Assembly: GCA_039621445.1 (NCBI GenBank)
Contig: CP154954.1
Location: forward strand, 32,837,455 to 32,901,454
DNA length: 64,000 bases
Source of the DNA: Euglena gracilis
Lineage: Eukaryota
Direction: 5' to 3'
In this document: positions 51,101 to 60,870 of the stretch, one piece after another
Position numbering within the stretch: position 1 is the first letter of the stretch
Layout: each line of letters opens with the position of its first letter
Notes under the pieces: model-generated
What the model saw: the letters and a program-made list of their open reading frames with translations, nothing else
Told to the model about the DNA's origin: nothing
The model's database searches: none
Position numbers and translations under genes: made by a program

Positions 51101-54100
51101 TTTTTGTCCAAAATGGAGTATATATGGTGAAAAAATTGTTGTATCCACCCATTTCCCCCCTGCTTTTCCCGATCATTCAGGCGGCAAAACCAAACCCCCC
51201 CAGGGGGCTTCGTTTTTTTGGGGGGCTTTACATTTTGGGGCTAAACATTTGGGGGTTTACAAGCCGACTAACCGGCAAGGCTTGCATGGGGGATGGACAG
51301 GACTCGGCGGAGCACCTGCAGGTCCTCCAGCAGCGCCCTCGTGCGCCACAGCGTGAGGGCCACCACGATGCCGCACAGCGCCGCCGGGACGTCCAGCGCC
51401 ACGAGGCCCAGGAAGTGGCGGCAGGGCCCGCCGGGATGGTCCGGGGCACGGCACGCCTTGGCACAGTCATCCGCATCGGGACCCAGACCAGCACATGTGC
51501 GTGTCGAGGCACACATGCGGACACATATTACACAGACCCGAACTCATTTCTGTGGTTGGGTACAGCCCAGCCGCAGCCTCGGGGGTTCCGCTGGGCGGTG
51601 GGTCTGGCGGGCTCTGGAGGGTAAAACACGATGGCCTTGCACTGGAACAGCTCTCCGTCCCGCCAGGGGCCCCGCGCCTCGGCCAGCACCCGGGGGAGGC
51701 GGTACCCCCCCACCCCACCAGCGCGATGGGCAGCAGCAGGACGTCGAACACCTGGGGATGTGTGTGTTGTGTGTGTGTGTGTGTGTCTGTCGGTGTGTGT
51801 GTGCGTGTGTGTGTGTGTCTGTCTCTGTGTGTGTCTGTGTGTGTGTGTGTGTCTGTCTGTCTGTGTGTGTGTCTGTGTGTGTGTGTGTCTGTCTGTGTGT
51901 GTGTGTCTTTCTCTGTGCGTGTGTGTGTGTGTGTGTCTGTCTGTGTGTGTGTGTGTGTGTGTCTGTCTGTGTGTGTGTGTCTGTGTGTGTGTGTGTCTGT
52001 CTGTGTGTGTGTGTGTGTGTGTGCGCGCGCACGTATGTCCCAACACTGGAAGGGAACCGTTTTCCAGCACTTTGCGAGTTGTTTCCACCGCAGTCCCCCC
52101 GTTCTCCAACACACATGCCCGCAGGGAAAACCCCTGAGGTGGCCCCCTGACCCCTGTAGCCCCCGGCCGTGTCCCCCAAACCCAAGATTCCAAAAAAAAA
52201 GCCTCGGGTGCTTTGGAACCTTTGGGAATTTGGGGTTCTGTCTGTTTGGGGTGGCAGGCATAGTGCCGCAAAATTGGCCCAAATGGCCATTCACTGCTGA
52301 GGTGTGAGGTTGCCCTGGGTGGGTTCCAATTCGAGGCGGCATCCCATCAGGAGATGCAACACACGCACGACCACCCCTCCGCGGCGGACACCACATGGCT
52401 GTTAGGGTGGGGACCACACAATTTTTTACCGACCTCGGGGGGGGGTCACCTCCACTTTTTGAAAAACCAGTCAATCACTTTTTTTCGGGAAACCAGTCAG
52501 TCACTACCCCCCCCCCTGGGGGGTCAGCCACTCTGGAATCCAAAGAAAATTTGACCAAAAACGTGGAAAAAAGGCCAAACATTTTCCGTCACCTTCGGCG
52601 CCGGGTCACTTTAGTGGTTTTTTGCCGACCCCCCCCCCCGAGGGGGGAGGGGGTCCGGGCTAAAAACCAGTCAGTCAATCGAAAAAACCAGTCACCCCCC
52701 GGGGGGGGGGGGGAAGGTCGGCCAGTGCTTAAGCAATTGTCTGGTGGGGACAGGGGGTGCACACCGTGTGGCAGAAATACTTCCAGATGAGGGGGCGGAA
52801 CGACGGCGTCAGGTTGTCCTGGTGCCGCTCGTGCTGGCGGGACCGGCGCCGGGCCTCAAGGAAGAACAGGACGGCCTCCCAGGGGCACAGCGCAGGGGCA
52901 GAGCCGGGGTGCTGCAGGTAACTGCAAGGGAGGACTGTGGCAGGCTGGCAGGCATGGGTGGGCTGTGGGAGGGGCGGCTCCGCCCCCGGTGGCAGGATGC
53001 AGAGGACCATCACGACGAATGGGACGTCCAGCACCGCGAGCCAGAACTGCACGATGCACTGCCAGCGGAGGTTGTGGTTGTAGCCCGGCTCCTGCCACGG
53101 GGGAAAGGAGGAGGCGGCGGCGCAGGCAGGCGGGAAGAAAAGCAAACACAGAACACCAGCGGAAAGACCTGAAAATAGGATCTCCGGCAAACACATGCAA
53201 ATCTTGGAGGAATAAACTTCCAGGTGACAAGGAACAAAAAAGGAAAAAAAATTACAAATACACACACATACGTAAAAAACAGCAGTGGGAAGCAGGGGAT
53301 CTGCACACCTGACCCCACCACTCCCACAGGTTCAGCAGGAGGTCGTAGCACCGCCACGTCAGGAGGGTGGGGAGGAGGTGCACCACCGCAACCCAGTCGA
53401 AGAGCGTGTAGCAGAACTGCGTCACGCCCAACTGCCGCAGCCTCCTGTGAGGACAAACCAGGATGCTTTTTGAAAAATGCCTTTAAAATTCCTCAAACAA
53501 CCCAAAGAAAAATCACTCTGGAAAATGCAACTGAGAAAAAATGCAAAACATAAAATCTCGGCAAAAACAAGCCAACTATTGGGAAAAAATGCTTTCTGGA
53601 ATCGCTGGATCGCTGGATCATTGTCCATCCATCCACCCAAACTCGAAGAAATGGGGTTTCCGACTTTTGTCTCATTTCGGACCCCATTCGATGCCTGGAC
53701 CGCCCTTGGACCACCCCTGGGCAATAGAACTTAAACAGCCGTAAATTTTTTCACTTTTTAAAAAAATGGCTGGGAGAGACCCGACCGTGCTGAGGGGTCG
53801 GCGTCGAATCAAAGCGTGCGTGGGCAGCTTTGGCCCCGGAGGGCCTTGCCAGAGGCGGCAGCGGCCTCCCGCCTTTCACTCCAGCAGAGGGAAGGAAAGG
53901 CACACCACCGAAGGCCGTTCTCATCGTCCTCTGCTGCCTGCCGCAAGACATCGGCAGGCCACGACGGCGCCGCCAACCTTGCGAGGCTGGAATGTGGGGG
54001 CGGCCGACCGCCCATCGGTCGGCTGAAAACCCGGTGCTTCCCCCAACCTCGTAGGACTCGGGGGTCTGAGTTGAAATGTCAACGTGAGGCCGGGTTGCAC

Positions 54101-56949
54101 TGCTGTTGTTGCGGTTCACAAAAGACGTGTGAACCACAATTTTTTTTTTGGTGTCCACACGTGAACCACAAAATTTTTTTGGTGTCCACAAAAAATTTTG
54201 TTGCCCACAAAACTTGATTGAGGATCGAAAAAAAATCAAGTTTTACAACTAAAAGCGGATTGATCTTGAGACACATCAGCCAAATTGTGGACCTTGGCTC
54301 CGGCTCAATCCATAAAGTGTGGCAGCGAATCACACCCCCAGGCTTGTATGGGAATCTGGGGGGGGGTGGGGGACCCCCTCCTACCTCCAGTTTTTGGCCG
54401 CCGAAACTTCTCGATTTCCAGGTGAAAAAAGTCGAAAAAATCGAAGCAAAGGGGTATGGGGGGTATGGGGGCGGTCGCTGACTTCTTAACCTTTCAAAAA
54501 CTACTGTAAGTAACCGTAAATTGCAGGTGTGTAATTTGTAAATCGTAATTTATGCGATATTTGCAATGCCAGTCTTTTCGGCTGTCCATTACGTGCAAGT
54601 CCCATTAAGAGCTCAGCATTATTCAAAACCACCCTCCTAGTTTCGGAAGGGGGTCCCCACCCCCCTCCTCCTCTGCGGGAGTGGAAAAAAAACTTCCGGC
54701 GCGGAGCGCCAGGTGTGTTTTAGGACACTCTTGAGGCTCAATATGAAATTTTGCACCCAAATGCATGGGTTTCGGGCCAAAAACAGTTCTTCCGGGTCCG
54801 GGAAACATCGTTTCGGGAAAATTTTTTCGATTTTTTTCAAATTTTTTTCGACCTTTTTGACCCAAAAATGGCCCACAACGGTTAAATCAAAACAGGCCAA
54901 AACTGTACAAAATGGCCAAAATTGGCCGAAAAATGGCCGTAACTCGGGCTAGGCAGGGAGTTGCAGGGAAATCAAAATACCCTTAGATAGGGCTTCAAAG
55001 GGCTTCAATTCAGGTCGCCGGACATTTCCTTTGACTCCCCACCATTTTTGAGCAATTTTTAAAAGGGGGGAGGTTAGAAGTCAAGGTCTGAATGTTACCG
55101 CGGCAGACTCGCGACTAAGCTGTTTTCGGCCCTTTTTTGGGGTCAAAAATCCATTTTCGGCTGACGCACCAAACGAGATCCAGTAAACCACAGGGTTCCA
55201 AGTGGTTGGGGGTTAAGAATCCCCAGGTAGGGCCATTTTTAAACATGCCTTTCAAAGCCTTAAAAAAAACTTTAAAAACCTTAATTTTCATTGGCCAAAA
55301 AGCTTCATAATGCCTCATGAAACCTTAAATAAGCTTAAAGGAATCACAGGCGAAAATTTATCTGACCGATTTGGTCACTAACAAAAGTGAAATCACACAG
55401 TCTCGGCAAAAACAAGCCAACTCCCGGAAAAGCATCAGTTCTGGCACCCATGGAACATTGTCCAGTTCCTCAATTGTTTGAGCTTCCACCCCTTTCGATG
55501 CCCCAACACCCAAAATACTCCCCAGCGCCATGGATTGGATACTGGACAGCCACCAGAGGCAGTCATCCCCCTACCGCTCTTGGACAGCTCTTGGGACACA
55601 CCCACCTAGTGGGAGTACTCCGGCAGAAAATTAAAGACCCTGAGCAAAGTTCTGAAAAAACTTAAGCAAAATTCTCAAAAATTCAGGTGTTTAAAGCATT
55701 TTTTAAGTTTATTTTAATTATGGATAGGTGTGTTGGCTCGAGTCCAAATATTCGCGGTCCATCATACGACAATTGCAAAGAACTCAATTTTGGGTTTTGC
55801 AGCAAAAATAAAAAGAATTCGTCCCTGAACCCTTTCTTTTGTTTTTCTTCACCAGGTGGGGGGGAGGGGTTATCCGTCGTCTTGGTTGGTTGGCCCAAGG
55901 GAGGGTTTTACAAGTCAGGGTTGCTGAGCTGGCTTAGGATAAGCCCCCCCCCTTTTTCGACTCGTGTCTGCGAGACCAAATGCACCAGGGTACCTGGAGG
56001 GGGCTGGGGAAGCGGGGCTGGATTGCAGGGAGATCAAGGAGGGGGTGGGCCAAGGGGCATTGAACAAGATGCATTTTCTCGTTCACCTGCCTATTGCTCC
56101 TTTTTCCTGCAAAGTGGATGGAAGGGGGACCAAGACTCAAATTACGAGCACCCAACAACCTTCATGCAGTTGTGGTAATTTCGGTCCGTTTCACAACGCA
56201 CTCCAACAAAGACATTCATTTTGTGTGGTACACCAAAATTGTCATTTTGTGGTTCACTGTGGACACCAGAATTTTTTTTTGTGGTTCACGTATGGACGCC
56301 AAAAAATATTTGTGGCTTCTGGGGGACCAGAATCAGCGGTCGGCTGCCACCGGTGCCTGGGCCGCCGGGACCCGCCACACCGCCGTCAGGGAGCACAGGA
56401 GGAGGCCGAGGCACAGTCCGTCCAGCGCCAGCTCCAACGGGCTCAGGGCCCCAACGCCACGCACCACGCGGCCGCCCAGCGGCAGGGGTTTCCTCAGCGG
56501 TTTGCTGATGGTTGCCGCACTGTAATGGCGGAATTGAACTTTATGGAAAAGAAGGCAAACCCCATCCTTTTGCTGAATTGACCAACAAGAAAACACACAA
56601 AATCACGAAAAGGTACCGCAATGAAATCGAAATGAGGACTTTGTCGGCATGCAAATTCTATTTGGACTGGACATACAAAAAAAATGAGGCAGGAAATCCT
56701 TAGCAGATGTGTGTGACTTGTGACTTCTTTGTTTTAAGGATATTCTGCTGCCGAATGCAAGCTTTAAAATTGGTGGTGCGAAATTCCCCCCCACAAAATC
56801 TTATGACCTGGCAAAGTTCGATTGTCGGGTTATTTCTGCAACAGTGGAGAGGCACGGTTGGACCACCTGACCAGGAACTGTACCGTCGTGCGAACGAACT
56901 GCACCAAATCCTGCAGCATTCCGCCACAACTAGCATGGCATCGCTGCAT
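31330..56949 (-). CDS. Large uncharacterised multi-pass membrane protein with internal repeats; roughly 25 exons (could be two genes)
   Basis: Exon islands include ~56949-56870 ([17 protein letters not shown]), ~56490-56355, ~53980-53910, ~53445-53330 ([35 protein letters not shown]), ~53090-52995, ~52885-52775, ~51750-51715, ~51435-51300, ~49800-49688, ~47235-47056, ~46810-46620, ~46015-45945, ~44130-43976, 43547-~43470, ~42255-42130, ~41498-41396, 40546-~40371, ~37270-37190, ~36120-36040, ~34065-33965, ~33200-33101 and ~31555-31330 (stop). Several joins checked are in frame. Confidence 0.55.
33749..33950. repeat. 12-bp minisatellite (CCTGG[A/C]CACACC) x17 in an intron
   Basis: Direct reading. 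Only one position varies (A/C) and there are no spacers. Confidence 0.95.
36160..36195. repeat. (CA)n microsatellite
   Basis: About 17-18 consecutive AC units. Confidence 0.9.
43553..43972. mobile_element. CAGGC-family MITE that forms a whole predicted non-conventional intron (minus strand 43975-43548)
   Basis: Termini CAGGCGTCATTTTTT...AAAAAAACAACGCCTG. Flanks CTCTGCGG / CGCCGCGG are a 6/8 TSD remnant. Removal with 3+5 flanking nt joins ...[16 protein letters not shown] in frame. Confidence 0.75.
48107..49610. mobile_element. Middle hAT-like element of the nest, carrying ~0.8 kb of internal cargo
   Basis: TIR CAGGCATTATT / AATAATGCCTG. TSD GTGGTCGA at 48099-48106 and 49611-49618. Confidence 0.85.
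48313..48580. mobile_element. Inner hAT-like MITE of the nest
   Basis: TIR CAGGCTTCTTTTTA / TAAAAAGGAGCCTG. TSD GTTGTGAA at 48305-48312 and 48581-48588. Confidence 0.85.
50529..50925. repeat. ~400-bp dispersed repeat; inverted copy at ~57152-57569
   Basis: For example, GAAGCCATCAGCACACATCGGTGAACACAAGG is the reverse complement of ~57508-57539. The copies are colinear over their full length. Confidence 0.85.
50951..51001. mobile_element. Minimal (~50 bp) CAGGGCGGTC-family derivative
   Basis: GGGGCGGCCC...GGACCGCCT flanked by duplicated GTTTCTAA(G). Confidence 0.55.
51759..52024. repeat. Interrupted (TG)n/(TC) microsatellite
   Basis: Direct reading. It accounts for the spurious CV/HT-repeat ORFs here. 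Confidence 0.95.
52415..52743. mobile_element. hAT-like MITE of the same family as 821-1143, located within an intron
   Basis: Termini CACACAATT...AAGCAATTGTCTG, internal AAAACCAGTCAGTCA motifs, and TSD GTGGGGAC at 52407-52414 and 52744-52751. Confidence 0.8.
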
Positions 56950-57151
56950 GACGGAGTGATGGCTGGGGGTTCCGGAATATGTGAGGAGAATTGCGATGCA
57001 TGCATGTTAGGCGGACCTTAAAGAAATAGCAAAAAAAAAAAACTCCGCTAGCGCATTCAGGCCGAACAGAAATGAAGCCACAAACTCTCGGCAAAAACAG
57101 CCAACTCCCACAAGAAAATTGGCAAGGAAATTTGGCTTTTTTCAGGCAAGA

Positions 57152-57569
57152 CTTAGACGGCCAGGAATGCACTTTTCTTGTTGAGTCACAGAATTTTGGC
57201 AGTTTTAGTGAAAATGCGCATCCCCGCATTCTGGAAGCGAAGTGCGCAAGTGCGCATTCCGGATGGTTCTGTGCGTCTTCCAGACTGGGCGTAAACACCA
57301 CAAAAATGAGCTGTTTGGATTTAACACGACCACAAAGACTACCCCTTGTATACTTGTATACCCCTTGTATACTTCTTCAATTACGTATGATGCTGTTTAC
57401 AGCTGTTTCACGACGACTGTGGTATAATGCATGGCTGGACACACACTCAACACACCACATGACATGTGGAACACGGGCGACGTAGGCCAACCTGGACCTG
57501 GGTGTGCCCTTGTGTTCACCGATGTGTGCTGATGGCTTCTGGGGGCAGGGCCTGGTGAACCCGGGATGA
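57152..57569. repeat. Inverted copy of the 50529-50925 repeat
   Basis: Reverse-complement match seen directly. Confidence 0.85.
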
Positions 57570-59420
57570 GCATGGGAAGGAACTCCTTGCAGCCATGGAG
57601 ACACAGCCCTCCCTATGACCGCAACATGTTCAGTTGTTCTGAAATACATTGGGGGGGGGGAGACTGTGGCCCAACCATTTCCACACGTTTCCTTTGGTGT
57701 CACTCAAATTTGTGTGCATTTTTCCTTTGGGTGACGAAAAAACGTGCCCGTCCAAAATACAATAATCGCAAAAAGAAACCATCAACGACCCATGAAATAT
57801 GGAAATTGAGTGCAGGCGTGCCTGTTTGAGGCAGACCGTTCCTTCAGGAGCTTTCCCCTCTTGCCGTCCACCAACTGCTGACTGTGAATCAGCAATGGTG
57901 GAGCGAACCGCATCCACCGACCAGTGGCACTGCCTACTGGATTTGAAAGGGAGGCTATACAGATGGGGAAACCCCATGGACAGGTTGACAGTGGCGCGTT
58001 CAGGGATAGGGAGGGTTAGGTATTTATGGTTCGGTTGTGCGCGCTGCGTTCCCATTTGATGCCTTGCTTTGGGGTTTGGCATGAGGCATTGGGCCAGGGG
58101 GGGGGGGGAATGCGCTGGAGAGCCCTGGAAAAAATGCGCAAAAAAGCGCAAAAATAAGCGCTGAGTTGTGACATTTCTAAGGGAAAAAGGAATTAGAAAA
58201 ATTTCCAACGATAAGCCCAAAATTAAACCAAACTCACCAAAAAGAGCTGAAATGAAGGCATTTTGGCCAAAAAAAAAATGCACGAGCAAGGCGTCACTCT
58301 CCGTTCACCATAACCAACAATGTCAGCCATGGTGCCCCTTTCTTGTGACCAGGGAAGTAGGATTCCCCCGCATTTCATCTTGCTCCATCTGCTCAGCTCC
58401 TTGGCAGCAAGCTTTTGTCCAATAATAAAATTTCCATTGAACAAAAGCTTGGATGATCAGCCCTTGAACTTGAAACCATTTTGTGAAAAAATCTGAGGGA
58501 GGAATAGAGAATTTGATTATTGGCGGAAAGAGGGATGGATGACAACATAGAATTGTTCAGAAGAACGGTGTTCAAGAACACCAATGTCAAATTTGTTTTT
58601 GACATATGGACAATGTGGACAACATGGACAATATGGACAAAATGCCTCCAAAAAGTGTAAAAAAAAGTAGGAAAATGAAAAAAATGTGCAAAAAATGCGC
58701 AAAAATGCGCATTTTTGAAAAATTGACAAAAATGCGCAGCGCATCCCCTGCATGGATGCACCCCCTGCATTGGGGTGCTGGCAGCATGGCCGCGGTGCAG
58801 TGGTGAGCGGGTTACTTGTTGTACTTGCCTTACTTGTTACCGTTGCCTGCGGTGCGCGATGCTTTTCTTGCTGCGCCTTCACCCTGGGCGGTGTCCTTCG
58901 GCGTCGTGGTTGCTGGCTACGTGGCCCTGGGGCCAAATTCACCGACAAGGCGGGTTTAACAATTTATTGGCGATGGGTATCTGAGTGATAAGGAAGGGGC
59001 TGCGTGCATTTTTTAGCGAAGGATGTGTTTGGGCCGCAAGAGTTCTACGACTTGCCGGAATTGCACTACTTGCTTTGGTAGCCTAGTTAGTAGCTTAGTT
59101 GGTAGCCTGGCAGGCAGAACGAACTGCTCCTTGGTCCCAGGTGGTGTTCCTCTTGGCAATTCGTCCCAGAAGTTTGGCGCTCTTTGGTCACAAGCCCCCC
59201 CAGGGCCAGGGTGGCAAACGACCAGCCACCATCATGACAGGGGACGTCGTATTTGATGTGCTTCGATGTTTCACGCCTTGCGAGGAACGTCCTCCGGTGT
59301 TCTCAGCTGACTGGGAGTTGGAAAAAAAATCGTCTGAGGACTGGTGCGCAGGGGTTCAGGGGTTCGCGGAGGATGTGAAATCCGAATTGCCACAACGGAA
59401 CAAAAGATGGCAGTTTATTT

Positions 59421-59492
59421 TGGACGAACAGGGGATCGAACCCTGGACTTCCCGCATGCGGAGCGGGCGCTCTACCACTGAGCTACACGCCC
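59421..59492 (-). tRNA. tRNA-Ala(CGC), or a recent pseudogene of it
   Basis: GGGCGTGTAGCTCAGTGGTAGAGCGCCCGCTCCGCATGCGGGAAGTCCAGGGTTCGATCCCCTGTTCGTCCA folds as a cloverleaf with the G3:U70 Ala identity pair and A/B boxes. The anticodon loop TCCGCAT has C33 in place of U33. Confidence 0.8.
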
Positions 59493-60419
59493 CATGCCCC
59501 TTTCTCGCTCTTATAATTACAGGTGTTTTTTTTTGAGCGCTTCAGAACCGTTCTCAAAACACAGGAAACACAAACAGAACACACAAAACACATTCAGATA
59601 GTTCGCGCATGATTTCGCGTCATACCACATCATCATTTCAGCTCGCAACCTGGGTTCGCAATTGTCCACACATTGATCTCTTCTGCTTCTCCTCTGTCTT
59701 CTGATGCTCCTGCGGGGTTGGCAGTTGCAAATTTTTGACTTTGCTGCGTCGATCCCCTGTCCAAAGCAAATAGCAAAATATCCATTTTGAGATTTTGGGT
59801 GCCCAACCCTGCCATTTTTTGCCAAACCAGAGGGCCCTCAGGATTTCAGATCTTTCATTCCCCTCCGTTTTAAAACATTTTGAATTTTTCAGCTTTTCTT
59901 GGCCTCAAAATAGCCCAAAACGGCCAAAAGGGCTGTGGACCTTTTAAAAACAAGCGCAGGGACCTCTAGGGTCTGTCAGGTCCAGGCCACAAATTTCCAG
60001 TCATTTCCTTTGATTGCCCACCAATTTGGTGGTGCCTTGCCAACTTGACAACAGCCTTGCCCCAAAGCCAGGGGGGGAGGAAACCTCCCAAACTGTTTCG
60101 CTGTCCGACCGCCACCAAAAATTTGACAAGTCGGCTGCTGTCAGCCCTGATTCGTGGTTTTACGGGCCATTTGAAGGGTTGAGACTTGGGTTTCACCCTT
60201 TGGCATTGTCCAGGAAATGATGAGTCTTGATGTCCATGACCTGAACATTGGTTCATTCATCTGAATGATGTACTTTAGTTTCGCCAATGCTACATTCATC
60301 ATCAGAACAATAGGGGTGCCACTGAGTGTCAAGGCCGAAGAATGCGCACGTGCGCATTTTTGGAACTCCAAAAGAATGCGCAGGTGTGCATTTTTGGAAT
60401 GGACACAGGCTGTGGGAAG

Positions 60420-60476
60420 CAGGGCGGTCTTTAACGAAAAAAAACTTCCTGTCCCAGCACAGCCAATGGGGGATTC

Positions 60477-60556
<80 letters not shown>

Positions 60557-60870
60557 GAACAAAAAAAAAAAAAAAAAAAAAAAAAAAAACACAGCCAATG
60601 GGGGATTCATTAAAAAAAAGGACGAGAAAATAGCCACGTTTTGGCAAAAATGGATCGACTTCGGGGGGGGGGGGGGAGTGATTTCTGGCATCCTTGAAAC
60701 ATCGCCCATCCACCCAAAACGTCAAAAAAATGCGCTTTTTCGACTTTTTTTGATTTTACCCACCCCCCGTTCGATCCCTGGATCGGCCGTTGTCCCTTGG
60801 GCCTAAGGGCAGTCATTGAGGGGCGGTCCTCAAGGGAAAAAAAACTTCCCATCCCTTATGGACCGCCCTA
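60420..60870. mobile_element. hAT-like MITE (CAGGGCGGTC family) with perfect 8-bp TSD and an internal poly(A) tract
   Basis: Termini CAGGGCGGTC...GACCGCCCTA. TSD GTGGGAAG at 60412-60419 and 60871-60878. Confidence 0.85.

Noticed and set aside
51293-52474. Long ORFs (247-335 aa) in several frames
   Set aside because: They are artefacts of the (TG)n microsatellite. Only short minus-strand exons are credible here.
60217-60325. Box C/D snoRNA-like ATGATGA...CTGA motifs
   Set aside because: The first unit is only ~48 nt, there is no clear C' box or terminal stem, and I cannot identify an rRNA-complementary guide.
60141-60725. Poly-Lys and poly-Phe ORFs
   Set aside because: They are translations of the poly(A) tract within a MITE.
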